A stretch of DNA of 64,000 bases from positions 160,001-224,000 of the forward strand of contig JBFWVL010000002.1 of the NCBI GenBank assembly GCA_050246755.1. The letters run 5' to 3'. This document shows positions 27,835 through 37,915 of the stretch, piece after piece. Positions within the stretch are counted from its first letter, which is position 1; every line of letters starts with the position of its first letter. This stretch comes from Bacteriovoracia bacterium. GTDB lineage: Bacteria > Bdellovibrionota > UBA1018 > CAIPTA01. The position numbers and the translations under genes are program-made. The notes below the pieces were generated by a model. The model saw only the letters and a program-made list of their open reading frames with translations, ran no database searches and was not told the origin of the DNA.

Positions 27835-28578
27835 CTATTTATCTACCCGCACCACGACCACGGTCACGTTATCATCGCCGCCATTTTCGCAGGCCGTTTC
27901 GAGCAGCTTGTTCACCAGGGGGTTGAGGTCGTCGGTATTCCAGCCGAGCTCGTCGATGATCTTGAGCATCTCGCCATCTTCCACCATGCCGGAAAGACCG
28001 TCGGAGCAGGCGAAGTAGAGTTCGCCGGGGCTTAGTTCTTTCTGGTACACGTCCACCAACACGGAGCTCTCAAAGCCCACCGAGCGGGTGATCACATTCC
28101 GCGATTTATCGCGCTTCATCTGCTCGCGCGTGATGATTCCGGCCTTCAGCTTTTCGTTCACCAGGCTATGGTCCTTGGTCATCTGCCAGATCTGTCCGGG
28201 CCTGGCCATATACACGCGGCTATCACCCACGTGGCCGATGAAAATTTTGTCGGCGGTGAGGTACATCGTGACCACGGTGGTGCCCATGCCGGTGAGGGCC
28301 TTGTCTTTTTCGGCGGTGCTGAACACGGCGGTATTCGCGCGATGCACGGCGCCCATCACCATGTCTTCGGGGGCGGAGTTCAGCTTCGAGGCCTTGTCGG
28401 TGAGAATGGACTGGATCACGGTTTCCACGGTGAGCTTGGAGGCAGTTTCCCCACCGGCGTGACCACCCATGCCGTCGGCCACCACGAATAGGCGGCTTTT
28501 GGGTTCCATTAGGAAGGAATCCTGGTTCACCTTGCGCTTGCGGCCGATATGCGTATTTCCCGCGGATACAATCTTCAT
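27835..28578 (-). CDS. PP2C/PPM Ser/Thr protein phosphatase (Stp1/PrpC-like)
   Basis: GRKR.VNQD, VADGMGGH.GGE.AS, GMGTT, HVGDSR, CSDGL and GGDDNVT. Confidence 0.93.
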   Translation of the reverse strand: MKIVSAGNTHIGRKRKVNQDSFLMEPKSRLFVVADGMGGHAGGETASKLTVETVIQSILTDKASKLNSAPEDMVMGAVHRANTAVFSTAEKDKALTGMGTTVVTMYLTADKIFIGHVGDSRVYMARPGQIWQMTKDHSLVNEKLKAGIITREQMKRDKSRNVITRSVGFESSVLVDVYQKELSPGELYFACSDGLSGMVEDGEMLKIIDELGWNTDDLNPLVNKLLETACENGGDDNVTVVVVRVDK

Positions 28579-28825
28579 GGATCTTACTAGGTTAAACACC
28601 CGTGGCAGGGAAGTCTAGTTTGGGAAATTTACACGGAAGGAAGCCTCACTCGAGGCGCTTCAAGTAACAAAATCTATTTACCCGCGCCCGCTCTCGCGAA
28701 GCGCCTAGGCGCAGAGCCCCAGGCCCAATCACCAGGTAAATGCCTAAAAAATCCTTACCGCAACACCCGTTAAACCCCTCAAAACCATTAGGTTTTGTCG
28801 GATATCAAAAGCCCTTCCTAAACCT

Positions 28826-28854
28826 TTGACATCATTCGTGACGCAGCAGATAAT
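28826..28854 (+). promoter_or_regulatory. sigma70 promoter of the prkA operon
   Basis: TTGACA-N17-GATAAT, 47 nt upstream of the prkA ATG. Confidence 0.75.
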
Positions 28855-28901
28855 TAGCTTATAGGGACCTCACCCTATGCACCACGGAGAAGGGGCATTC
28901 A

Positions 28902-30971
28902 ATGAGCGAAACCAACAATAAAGACTTACTGAAATTTGTGTCCGGGTTACATAGCCCGAAGTCGTTCCAGGAACTTCACTGGGAAGGAAGCTTTTCCCAA
29001 TACTTGGATCTCGTAAAAGAGAATCCTAACGTAACGAGAAACGCGTTCCAGAGAATGTACGACATGATCTCGGGCTACGGCACGAGTCAGTTCAACGAGT
29101 ACAAAAAAGAAGTTACCCACTATAAATTTTTCGAAGATCCCATCGAGAATGGCAAAGACGCCGTGTTCGGCCTCGACGTGCACATGATGAAGCTCGTGAA
29201 CTTTCTCCGTTCCGCCTCCCTGGGCTACGGAACCGAGAAACGCGTTCTTCTCCTGCACGGACCCGTTGGCTCGGCTAAATCCACGATCGCCCGCCTCCTG
29301 AAAAAGGGCATCGAGCGCTATTCCTATACTCCGGAAGGAGCCCTCTATACCTTTAAGTTCGTCGACGATCCTAAGTTCGGCCTCGTGGGCCAGACCGGGG
29401 AGATGAAGTCTCCGATGAACGAAGAGCCGCTCTTGCTCATCCCCGAAGACAGCCGCAAGGCCTTCGAAGAGGAGATGAATAAGACGGGCAAGGGCACCTA
29501 CAAAATGAAGATCAAGGGAGAGCTTTCTCCTCCCATGCGCATGATTTTCCGCGAACTCATGGCGCGCTATAAGGGCGACTTCACCAAGGTGATGGATCAC
29601 GTGAAAGTGATGCGCTTCACCCTCAGCGAAAAAGACCGGATCGGGATCGGAACCTTCCAGCCCAAAGACGAGAAGAACCAGGATTCCACCGAGCTCACCG
29701 GCGATATCAATTACCGCAAGATCGCGGAATTTGGTTCCGACTCGGATCCTCGCGCATTCAACTTCGACGGGGAATTCCAGGTGGCGAACCGCGGCGTGAT
29801 CGAGTTCGTGGAAGTACTGAAGCTCGACGTGGCCTTCCTCTACGATCTCCTCGGCGCGAGCCAGGAGCACGTGGTGAAGCCCAAGAAATTCGCCCAGACT
29901 TCGATCGACGAAGTGATTATTGGCCATACCAATGAGCCCGAGTTCCGTAAATTGCAGAACAACGAGTTCATGGAAGCTTTGCGCGACCGAACCGTGAAGA
30001 TCGACGTGCCGTATATCACCAAGCTCCACGAAGAGGAGCGGATCTACGCCAAGGACTTCGGTAAAGGCAAAGTGCAGGGCGTTTTCATCGCTCCGCATAC
30101 GATCGAGATGGCTGCCATGTGGGCGATTCTTACCCGCCTCGAAGCACCCAAGAAAAACGATCTCTCGCTCATCCAGAAGATGAAGCTCTACAATGGGAAA
30201 ACCCTCTCGGGCTATACCGAAGATAACGTGAAGGAGCTTCGCAAGGAAGCCGTGCGCGAAGGCCTCGACGGGATATCTCCCCGTTATATCCAGGACAAGA
30301 TCTCCAATACGCTCGTGAAGTACGGGCACCTCGGCTGCGTGAATCCCTTTATGCTCTTCAACGAGCTCGAGTCCGGATTGCGCCACCATACGCTGATCTC
30401 GAACGAAGAGCGCCGCCGCGAGTATAAAGAGCATCTCTCGGCCGTGAAGCAGGAATACGAGGATATCATCAAGAACGAAGTGCAGCGCGCGATCTCCGCC
30501 GACGAATCGGCCATCGGCAACCTCTGCGCGAACTATATCGATAATATCAAGGCCTATACGCAGAAAGAAAAAGTGCGTAACCGCTATACCGGCCAGCTCG
30601 AGCAGCCCGATGAGCGCCTCATGCGCTCGATCGAGGAGAAGATCGATATCCCGGATTCGCGGAAAGACGATTTCCGCCGCGAGATCATGAACTATATCGG
30701 CGCGCTGGCCGTGGAAGGAAAAACCTTCGACTACCGCACGAACGAAAGGCTCCACCGCGCCCTTGAACTGAAGCTGTTCGAAGATCAGAAGGACTCGATC
30801 AAGCTCTCAAGCCTGGTTTCGAACGTGGTGGACAAAGCGATGCAGGAAAAAATCGACGTGGTAAAGACGCGCCTGATCCGCGATTTCGGCTACGACGAGA
30901 TTTCCGCCACCGATATCCTCAATTACGTGGCCTCGATCTTTGCGCGCGGAGACGCGAAAGAGCGCGGCTAA
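28902..30971 (+). CDS. prkA: PrkA/YeaG AAA+ ATPase (annotated serine protein kinase)
   Basis: [12 protein letters not shown] Walker [38 protein letters not shown] and EALRDR. Confidence 0.95.
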   Translation: MSETNNKDLLKFVSGLHSPKSFQELHWEGSFSQYLDLVKENPNVTRNAFQRMYDMISGYGTSQFNEYKKEVTHYKFFEDPIENGKDAVFGLDVHMMKLVNFLRSASLGYGTEKRVLLLHGPVGSAKSTIARLLKKGIERYSYTPEGALYTFKFVDDPKFGLVGQTGEMKSPMNEEPLLLIPEDSRKAFEEEMNKTGKGTYKMKIKGELSPPMRMIFRELMARYKGDFTKVMDHVKVMRFTLSEKDRIGIGTFQPKDEKNQDSTELTGDINYRKIAEFGSDSDPRAFNFDGEFQVANRGVIEFVEVLKLDVAFLYDLLGASQEHVVKPKKFAQTSIDEVIIGHTNEPEFRKLQNNEFMEALRDRTVKIDVPYITKLHEEERIYAKDFGKGKVQGVFIAPHTIEMAAMWAILTRLEAPKKNDLSLIQKMKLYNGKTLSGYTEDNVKELRKEAVREGLDGISPRYIQDKISNTLVKYGHLGCVNPFMLFNELESGLRHHTLISNEERRREYKEHLSAVKQEYEDIIKNEVQRAISADESAIGNLCANYIDNIKAYTQKEKVRNRYTGQLEQPDERLMRSIEEKIDIPDSRKDDFRREIMNYIGALAVEGKTFDYRTNERLHRALELKLFEDQKDSIKLSSLVSNVVDKAMQEKIDVVKTRLIRDFGYDEISATDILNYVASIFARGDAKERG

Positions 30972-30985
30972 TCAAGGAGGCAACG

Positions 30986-31396
30986 ATGAACAAGACGATC
31001 CTCCTAGCATTGGCGATTCTTCCTTTTTCGGCCCGCGCCGAAATTGCCGAGCGCTGGCTGCCAACCGGTGAAGAAAAGCCCTCGGTGATTGAGCATGTGT
31101 ATCGTTCTCCCTGGGGAGACCTCGAGTTCCTCAAGCGCGGGGATTCCCATTCGGTACTGCTGCGCAACGTGAAGGGCGCGCTCACCGAGATGACCCATAT
31201 CAAGGGCCCCATCGCCTGCGACGAATGGTTCATCTCGGAAAAAAGCGAGAGCCTGCCACGCGGCTGCGAGTTTCAATTCTATAGCCAGGAAGACGGCACT
31301 TTTCTCAATGTTCGGTCGGAAGAGATGGAGGAGTCGAATTTGTTTCAAGCCGTAAGCGGAAGTGTTCGCGAACGGGGGAAGCATGTCGCTCTTTAA
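30986..31396 (+). CDS. Secreted hypothetical protein inside the prkA operon
   Basis: AGGAGG SD; signal peptide [18 protein letters not shown]; overlaps the yeaH start. Confidence 0.65.
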   Translation: MNKTILLALAILPFSARAEIAERWLPTGEEKPSVIEHVYRSPWGDLEFLKRGDSHSVLLRNVKGALTEMTHIKGPIACDEWFISEKSESLPRGCEFQFYSQEDGTFLNVRSEEMEESNLFQAVSGSVRERGKHVAL

Positions 31397-32501
31397 TATC
31401 CAGCGAGACCACGCCCGGTTCAAGAACATCATCAAGGGCAAGATCAAGCAAAACCTCAAGAAGTATATTTCCAATGGCGACATGATCGTGCGCAAGGGGA
31501 AGGACACCGTTTCCATCCCTATGCCCCAAATCGAGATCCCCCGCTTTAAGTTCGGCACCAACGAAGGCGGCGTGGGCCAGGGCGATGGGAAAGTGGGCGA
31601 TGAAGTGGGCCAGAACGGCCAGCCCAAAGAGGGCGACGGCGGCGGCCAGGCCGGAGACAACGAAGGCAATCATTCCCTAGAGGTAGATCTCACTTTGGCG
31701 GAGCTCGCCGAGATCCTCGCCGACGAATTAGAATTGCCGCGTATTGAGCCCAAGGGCAAAGAGATTCTGGAAAAGAACAAAGACCGCTATACCGGCATCG
31801 CCCACCAGGGGCCTAATTCCCTGCGTAACTTCAAGCGTTCCTTTACGGAAGCCCTAAAAAGGCAGATCGCCTCGGGGACTTATAACCCCGAAGATCCCAT
31901 GATCGTGCCGATCCGTCGCGACATGCGCTACCGTTCTTGGAAAACTACCCAGGAGTTCGACGCCAACGCCGTGATCATCTACATGATGGACGTGTCTGGC
32001 TCGATGGGCGATGAGCAAAAAGAGATCGTGCGCACCGAAAGCTTCTGGATCGATACGTGGCTGCGCTCGCAGTACAAGGGCATCGAGACCCGCTATATCA
32101 TCCACGATACGGTGGCCCGCGAAGTGGAAGAAAAAGTTTTCTATTCCACCCGCGAAAGCGGCGGCACGCTCATCTCCAGCGCCTATAAGGCCTGCCTGAA
32201 ATTGATCGAGACCAGCTATCCGCCCAACCAGTGGAATATCTACTGCTTCCATTTTTCCGATGGCGATAACTGGAGCGGAGAAGACACCAAGCTTTGCTTC
32301 GATCTCATCCAGAACCAGCTTTTTCCCAAGATCAATCAGTTCTGCTACGGACAAGTGGAAAGCCGTTACGGCTCTGGGCAATTCCTCAAGGACCTCCAGG
32401 AAAACTTTAAGGATGGGCACGAGAAGCTCTCGCTCTCCAAGATTGAGAATAAAGAAGGGATCATGAAGTCGATCAAGGATCTCTTAGGGAAGGGGAAGTA
32501 A
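31383..32501 (+). CDS. yeaH: YeaH/YhbH (DUF444) VWA-like protein
   Basis: Gly-rich G.GQGDG..G...AG linker, [18 protein letters not shown] and FHFSDGDNW. Confidence 0.9.
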   Translation: MSLFNIQRDHARFKNIIKGKIKQNLKKYISNGDMIVRKGKDTVSIPMPQIEIPRFKFGTNEGGVGQGDGKVGDEVGQNGQPKEGDGGGQAGDNEGNHSLEVDLTLAELAEILADELELPRIEPKGKEILEKNKDRYTGIAHQGPNSLRNFKRSFTEALKRQIASGTYNPEDPMIVPIRRDMRYRSWKTTQEFDANAVIIYMMDVSGSMGDEQKEIVRTESFWIDTWLRSQYKGIETRYIIHDTVAREVEEKVFYSTRESGGTLISSAYKACLKLIETSYPPNQWNIYCFHFSDGDNWSGEDTKLCFDLIQNQLFPKINQFCYGQVESRYGSGQFLKDLQENFKDGHEKLSLSKIENKEGIMKSIKDLLGKGK

Positions 32502-33986
32502 ATGCAGCCGATTCGTCTTCCTCCCGAGCTCAAGGAACTCCAAGAAAAGGTGAAAGCCGTGGCCGAAGGCTATGGCCTCGATTGCTTCGATGTGCTTTTC
32601 GAGATGGTGGACTACGACCAGGTGAACCAGATCGCGGCCGGCGGCGGTTTTCCCGCGCGCTACCCGCACTGGCGCTTCGGCATGAGCTACGACCAGCTCT
32701 CTAAAGGTTACGAATGGGGGATGCAGAAGATCTACGAAATGGTGATCAATACCGATCCCTGCTACGCCTATTTATTGAATTCGAATCCCTACATTGATCA
32801 GAAATTAGTGATGGCCCACGTCTACGGCCACTGCGATTTTTTTAAGAACAACTATTGGTTCTCGAAGACCAACCGCAAGATGCTCGACCAGATGGCGAAT
32901 AACGCATCCCGCGTGCGCCGCTATATGGATAAATACGGCGAGGATGAGGTCGAGTCCTTCATCGACCGCTGCCTCTCGATCGAAGACTTGATCGATCCCT
33001 ATTTGCCTTTCCAGAATACGGATCAGCCCAAGCAGGAAGAAGATAAAGCCGGCCCCATCGACGAAGGGAAATTCAAGGCCCCGCGTGGTTATTTGGATTC
33101 CTTCATGAATCCTAAAGCCGTGATGGAGAAAAATAAAAAGGATGCCGAGGCGGCGCGGAAAGAGCAAAAAGAGCATTTCCCCAAAGAGCCCCAGCGCGAC
33201 GTTTTGAAGTTCATGCTCGAGAATGCCCCAATGGAAGACTGGCAGGCCGACGTGCTCTCGATCGTGCGCGACGAGGCTTATTATTTCGTGCCTCAGCGCA
33301 TGACCAAGATCATGAACGAGGGTTGGGCTTCCTATTGGCACTCCAAGATCCTCACCGAGAAGATGCTCGACGCTTCGGAATTCATCGATTTCGCCGACCG
33401 CCATGCGGGAGTGATGGTAACTCAGCCCGGCGGCATGAATCCCTATAAGCTCGGCATCGAATTATTCCGCCACATCGAAGACCGCTGGAACAAAGGCAAG
33501 TTCGGGATGGAATACGATCGCTGCGAAGACATGGTGCAGAAGCGGAACTGGGACAAAAAGCTGGGCTTGGGTCGCCAGAAGATCTTCGAAGTGCGCAAAG
33601 CCCATAACGATATCACCTTCATCGACGAATTTTTCACGGAGGAATTCTGCGAAGAGCAGAAGCTCTATACCTACGCGATGAACCCGCGCACCAAGCGTTT
33701 TGAGATCAAAGACCGCGACTGGCGCCAAGTGAAGGAGAAGATGCTCGCCATGCTCACGAACGGGGGGCAGCCCCTGATCCGCGTGGTGGACGGGAATTAT
33801 AAAAACCGCGGCGAGATGCTGATCAAGCATGAGCACCAGGGCCAGGATCTCGATTTGAATTATACGAAAGCTACCTTGGCCAATCTTTCGGCCGTATGGA
33901 AGCGCCCCGCGCACCTCGAGACGATGATCGAGGGAGTGAGGAAGGTCTATTCCTTCGCGAACGGGGAATTCTCGGAAGAGAAGTAG
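32502..33986 (+). CDS. spoVR: SpoVR/YcgB family protein
   Basis: GFPARYPHWRFG, IYEMVINTDPCYAYL, AHVYGHCDFFKNN, TKIMNEGWASYWH and NPYKLG. Confidence 0.95.
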   Translation: MQPIRLPPELKELQEKVKAVAEGYGLDCFDVLFEMVDYDQVNQIAAGGGFPARYPHWRFGMSYDQLSKGYEWGMQKIYEMVINTDPCYAYLLNSNPYIDQKLVMAHVYGHCDFFKNNYWFSKTNRKMLDQMANNASRVRRYMDKYGEDEVESFIDRCLSIEDLIDPYLPFQNTDQPKQEEDKAGPIDEGKFKAPRGYLDSFMNPKAVMEKNKKDAEAARKEQKEHFPKEPQRDVLKFMLENAPMEDWQADVLSIVRDEAYYFVPQRMTKIMNEGWASYWHSKILTEKMLDASEFIDFADRHAGVMVTQPGGMNPYKLGIELFRHIEDRWNKGKFGMEYDRCEDMVQKRNWDKKLGLGRQKIFEVRKAHNDITFIDEFFTEEFCEEQKLYTYAMNPRTKRFEIKDRDWRQVKEKMLAMLTNGGQPLIRVVDGNYKNRGEMLIKHEHQGQDLDLNYTKATLANLSAVWKRPAHLETMIEGVRKVYSFANGEFSEEK

Positions 33987-34010
33987 AGAAAAGACATAAG
34001 GGCGCAAAGC

Positions 34011-34403
34011 CTACTTGACGGGATTGGCCAATAAGCTGATCTTCACCTTCGCGCCGTTGCGGTCCTGGGTTTCCATTCCGGCCTTTTCGCCAAAGAGCGC
34101 AATGAATGCCGGGGACGAAAGCACTTCATTATTATTTTTGGCGTCGATCACCTGGTATTCCATGCGCACGTCTTTTTGCGAGCTGGAGATCACGCGGGCC
34201 TGGACTTGAATCCCATTGCCGTGGCGGAAAATGGTTTTCCAGCCGTGGTTGGCGCGGTCGAACACGGAGGACGTACTGGCTTCCGTGGTACGGTCTACGT
34301 CGTTGTACGAAAATTCCGTAGAAACTTTAATATCGCTTGGGTAAGGAACTTTTGCCATGGCGGGGATGGCGGCGAAGAGAGCGAGCAGTAGGAACGAGCG
34401 CAT
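34011..34403 (-). CDS. Secreted hypothetical protein
   Basis: GGAGG SD; signal peptide ending AMA; beta-rich. Confidence 0.7.
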   Translation of the reverse strand: MRSFLLLALFAAIPAMAKVPYPSDIKVSTEFSYNDVDRTTEASTSSVFDRANHGWKTIFRHGNGIQVQARVISSSQKDVRMEYQVIDAKNNNEVLSSPAFIALFGEKAGMETQDRNGAKVKISLLANPVK

Positions 34404-34474
34404 AGAAACCTCCGGTGAATAAAGAAAGTGTAGTGGTTCCCCGAAAAAAATCTAGCGCATTAGTGTCCCAGTGC

Positions 34475-35809
34475 CTAGTGGACCGGCTTGGTGGGGTTGT
34501 CTTCATCGCCATTCACGGTGAACAAATTGTCGTCGTCGATCTCTTTGGCCAGCTTTTGGTAGGACTTCCACTTTCCGCGCTCGGCCCAGTCGTGGATTGC
34601 GGTAATCAGCCCCAGGTTCGCGCCCGCTTCGAGATCGAACGCGGTTTCGAGGCCGTTGGCCAGGATATCCAAGTTTTTCGTGCCCTTGGGGTCCACCCGG
34701 CGTTTGGCGGAGCCGCGCTTCTTCTGGAAATAGAGGGTATTGTAGTAGGTATACGAAGTGCAGCTATTGAAGAAGAAGATCTGGTACTGCTCTTTGGGCA
34801 AAGTGATGCGGAAATTATTGATCCTGGCGATCTCTTCGAGATCGAGGTGCCCGCCGAGGCCGCTATGTCCGTCGTAGATCAGCACCGAGGCGTGTCCGAG
34901 GCCATCGCGAAAAAAATAGTGAAAGGGCGTGCTCTCTTCGTCCATCGCGGTTTCGCCGAAGAATAAGCGCACGCGCATCGTGACCTCGCCCGCCGTTTTG
35001 GTGCCTTCTTCCACGTGGGGGAGAAGCGCGGAGGCGGGCGCGATTTTGCGGATTTTTTCGGGAGTCCAAGCAGAGAAAGCGAAGCCCATTTCCTTCAGGC
35101 TTTTTTTCAGTGCGCGATAGCTCTCGGCGCCGGCATCCTTGGAGCGGGCGGGGTCATGGCTATGCGCGGGATCGTCGAGGCCGAAAAAAGCGTCGATCCG
35201 GATCTCCCCGTTTTGCACGAGGCGGTCGTATTCGGGGTAGGTAGACTTAGCTTCCGGATTGACGCGCTCGATGCGGCCATGCACTACCTCATAGTCTACG
35301 CCCTCCTTCAGGCGGCATTTTTTATACGCGGGAGCCGGACTCCAGAAATACCAAAAGTCTCCTTCGCCTTGGTAGTGATCGTCGGTGCAGGGATTATAAT
35401 TTCCCACCATCGCCGCCTGGTAGATGAGGTCGGGATTGTTCGGTAGGATCACGTCGTAGTTCGTGCGCGGGCCTTTTTCCACCACGATCGTGCCTTCGTA
35501 GTCGTAGCTGATCTCGGCCAGGCCGGGGGAGGGCAAGCTGACTTGCACGTTGGAAATTTGGTGGTCTTCTTTGGGCGCGGCCATCGAAGCGGCGCGTTCC
35601 ATCGGGCCGAAAAGGTGGAGAATTTGCTTTTCGATCTGATCGCGGGCTTCCGCTTTGGTGGGGCGGCGATTCGTGATCATTTCCACTTTATGCGAGAACG
35701 TGAGAGTGGCTTCGGTGGCGTGCTTGGACACGAACGCCACGTGGCGGTCGGGAAGCGGGCGCGTTTGCGCGCAAGCAGTGAGAAGGAGGAAGCTCAGCAG
35801 GATCCGCAT
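34475..35809 (-). CDS. Lipoprotein with a putative caspase/gingipain-fold cysteine peptidase domain
   Basis: Lipobox LTAC; VLIYDGHSG and IFFFNSCTSY motifs. The gene itself is well supported; the function is inferred. Confidence 0.55.
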   Translation of the reverse strand: MRILLSFLLLTACAQTRPLPDRHVAFVSKHATEATLTFSHKVEMITNRRPTKAEARDQIEKQILHLFGPMERAASMAAPKEDHQISNVQVSLPSPGLAEISYDYEGTIVVEKGPRTNYDVILPNNPDLIYQAAMVGNYNPCTDDHYQGEGDFWYFWSPAPAYKKCRLKEGVDYEVVHGRIERVNPEAKSTYPEYDRLVQNGEIRIDAFFGLDDPAHSHDPARSKDAGAESYRALKKSLKEMGFAFSAWTPEKIRKIAPASALLPHVEEGTKTAGEVTMRVRLFFGETAMDEESTPFHYFFRDGLGHASVLIYDGHSGLGGHLDLEEIARINNFRITLPKEQYQIFFFNSCTSYTYYNTLYFQKKRGSAKRRVDPKGTKNLDILANGLETAFDLEAGANLGLITAIHDWAERGKWKSYQKLAKEIDDDNLFTVNGDEDNPTKPVH

Positions 35810-35821
35810 GGTATCTCCTAG

Positions 35822-36547
35822 CTAGAAGAAGAAGATGATGCTCGTGATCATCGAATACATATTTCCCGTGGTGTCGGGAAGGCCGCTGTCGATATAGCTC
35901 TCCTCGTTGCGGTCTTTGAAATAGATTTGGTGCACGCGGCCTTCGATGCCGAGGCTGGTTTTGCGCGGTTTGAGGGCGAATTCCATCCCCGCGCCCGCCG
36001 AGAGGGCGAAGGCGGTGTCTTTTTCCACTTTGTTCAGCGTTTGGAATGCCTGGGTGCGGAAGGTATTGCTCACGCCGGCGATGATATAGGGATTCGCCAT
36101 GGTCACGGCGGCGCCCCAGTCTTTCGTGTCCATATAGTATTTCATGTCGGCGTTGATGCGCATGAGGCTCACTTCCACTGCGCCGTTAGGGACGGCGTTG
36201 AAGGCGTGGGAAGCCGAGCTGATCCCGATTTGGCCGGCGAGGCGGAAATCGAAGAAATAGAGCAGGCGGAAATCCAGCACGGGAATGGCGGTATTATAAA
36301 GCTTACCGATATTGCCGCCGAATTTATGGAGGCCGCTGCCGAGGGAGACGGCAAAGAAGCGGCCGAAATACATGAAGCGCTCGTCTTCATCCACGTCGTA
36401 TTCGTCTTCGAAGGGCACGAAATCGGAGAACGGGTTGGCGAGCTCTTGGGCGCCGGCCTGAGGCTGCTCGTCGGCGGCCCGCGCAAGGCGGGTTGAAGTG
36501 ACTAAGAGGCTGAGCGCCAGAATGAGAAGTCCGATCCTTCGAACCAT
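35822..36547 (-). CDS. Outer-membrane beta-barrel protein
   Basis: Signal peptide, alternating amphipathic strands (PYIIAG, AGAGMEF) and a C-terminal Phe. Confidence 0.7.
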   Translation of the reverse strand: MVRRIGLLILALSLLVTSTRLARAADEQPQAGAQELANPFSDFVPFEDEYDVDEDERFMYFGRFFAVSLGSGLHKFGGNIGKLYNTAIPVLDFRLLYFFDFRLAGQIGISSASHAFNAVPNGAVEVSLMRINADMKYYMDTKDWGAAVTMANPYIIAGVSNTFRTQAFQTLNKVEKDTAFALSAGAGMEFALKPRKTSLGIEGRVHQIYFKDRNEESYIDSGLPDTTGNMYSMITSIIFFF

Positions 36548-36682
36548 ACGTGTCTCCTACCTGTTTATTGTATGGCAGGGAGAGGGGATGTCAATGGGGA
36601 ACGGTGGGTGGTTGGCCGTTAGCGGTTTGCAGTGAAAATAGCATTCAACGGATAACCGCCAACTGCGAACAGCCAACCGACG

Positions 36683-37204
36683 TTAGAAGTAAAAGTGCAT
36701 TCCGGCCGAGAGAAACGAATCGCCCGAAGTGCGGATCGCGAAGGAGCCGGTGGTATTATCACCGCGGATGCCGGCTTCGAAGCTGAGGCCAAGACTGGGG
36801 ATCTTATCGAAGAAAAATTCGGAACCGAAAAAGAGCGAGCCCTGAAGATTGGAACCGCTGCGGTTGATATAGGCGATCCCGCCGCCCACGTAAAAAATCA
36901 GATTCGATTCCACGAACATATTGCGGAAGAGTTTTGCGCCCAAAACCACCGTGGATCCGCCGGCGCGGGTGTCAAAACCGGTGGCCAGGGAAGTGGCAAA
37001 GCTGCGGCCCAGGTAGTACTTAGCGCTGAGGGCGGGGATCGTGGAGCCTGAGGCATTGGTGGCGATTTGGTTCGTAAACCCGATGCCGAGCCGGCCCCGA
37101 AGATTTTTCTCTTCGCCTCCGCCGATCGCGGCTTTGGCCACGGGGGCCATTAGGAGGAACATCCAAAGGAGCGTCAAAACGAATGCGGCGCGATATTTGA
37201 ACAT
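36683..37204 (-). CDS. Small outer-membrane beta-barrel protein
   Basis: Signal peptide ending AKA; RLGIGF, FYVGGG, GSEFFF..IP.LGLSFEAG and C-terminal AGMHFYF. Confidence 0.75.
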   Translation of the reverse strand: MFKYRAAFVLTLLWMFLLMAPVAKAAIGGGEEKNLRGRLGIGFTNQIATNASGSTIPALSAKYYLGRSFATSLATGFDTRAGGSTVVLGAKLFRNMFVESNLIFYVGGGIAYINRSGSNLQGSLFFGSEFFFDKIPSLGLSFEAGIRGDNTTGSFAIRTSGDSFLSAGMHFYF

Positions 37205-37210
37205 GCAGGA

Positions 37211-37239
37211 AGTATAGGAGATTCTTTACGAATCGGCAA
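37211..37239 (-). promoter_or_regulatory. sigma70 promoter, probably leaderless
   Basis: Minus strand TTGCCG-N17-TATACT, then 6 nt to ATG 37204. Confidence 0.65.
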
Positions 37240-37261
37240 ATCTAAAGGTATAAACTTGGGT

Positions 37262-37900
37262 ATGAACACAAAAGCAATTTCGGATCTAGTGGTAGAAAAT
37301 TGGAAAGCCGTAGCCGGCATTATCTTGGCCGCCTTAGTAGTGGTGGGCGGCGTGGCCCTCTGGAAAGAGCGCAGCGAGCGCCGAGAAATGGCCGCCACGA
37401 ACGCGCTTTACGAAGCGCAGCTGGCTGCTAAAGATCTGATCGCCGGCAAGCAGCTCGAGCAGGCCGAAAAGAGCTACGAGAAATTATTTGCCGAGTATCC
37501 TGGGTCCCGCGCGGCCTACGAGGCTGAGCTGCAAATTGGCGATCTCTGGATGGAGGCCAAGAATTTCGACAAGGCCACCGAGCATTACGAAAAAGCCGCG
37601 AGCCACGCGAAAGATTCTTTTTCGCGCCTGCTCGCCCGCTATAATCTTGGTATCTCGCAGGAGAGCGCCGGTAAATTCAAGGAAGCCGTGGCTACCTACG
37701 AGGAAACCCTCAAGACCGATGGTTCGGATTTCCTCCGCCCCGAAGTATTGATGGCCCAGGCCCGTTGCTACGAGGCTTTAAAGGAAAATCAAAAGGCGAT
37801 CGAGCTGTATAAGACGGTGCAGGAAAAATTTGCGGCGCGTTCCTACTATAGCGGCGCGGCTTCCGCCTTCGAGAAACAGCTCAGCGCTAAACGTCTCTGA
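37262..37900 (+). CDS. TPR membrane protein, YfgM-like
   Basis: N-terminal TM helix followed by TPR repeats; directly upstream of a BamB-like gene. Confidence 0.75.
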   Translation: MNTKAISDLVVENWKAVAGIILAALVVVGGVALWKERSERREMAATNALYEAQLAAKDLIAGKQLEQAEKSYEKLFAEYPGSRAAYEAELQIGDLWMEAKNFDKATEHYEKAASHAKDSFSRLLARYNLGISQESAGKFKEAVATYEETLKTDGSDFLRPEVLMAQARCYEALKENQKAIELYKTVQEKFAARSYYSGAASAFEKQLSAKRL

Positions 37901-37915
37901 TTTTCGGAGCAATGA

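Noticed and set aside
28653-28712. Inverted repeat AGGCGCTTC/GAAGCGCCT and palindrome GCGCCTAGGCGC between PP2C and prkA
   Set aside because: Short and GC-rich, plausible by chance, and I saw no second copy to suggest a REP or MITE.
28947-30755. 602-aa ORF antisense to prkA
   Set aside because: It lies entirely opposite a highly conserved gene and has no motifs; it is best explained as a shadow frame produced by biased codon usage.
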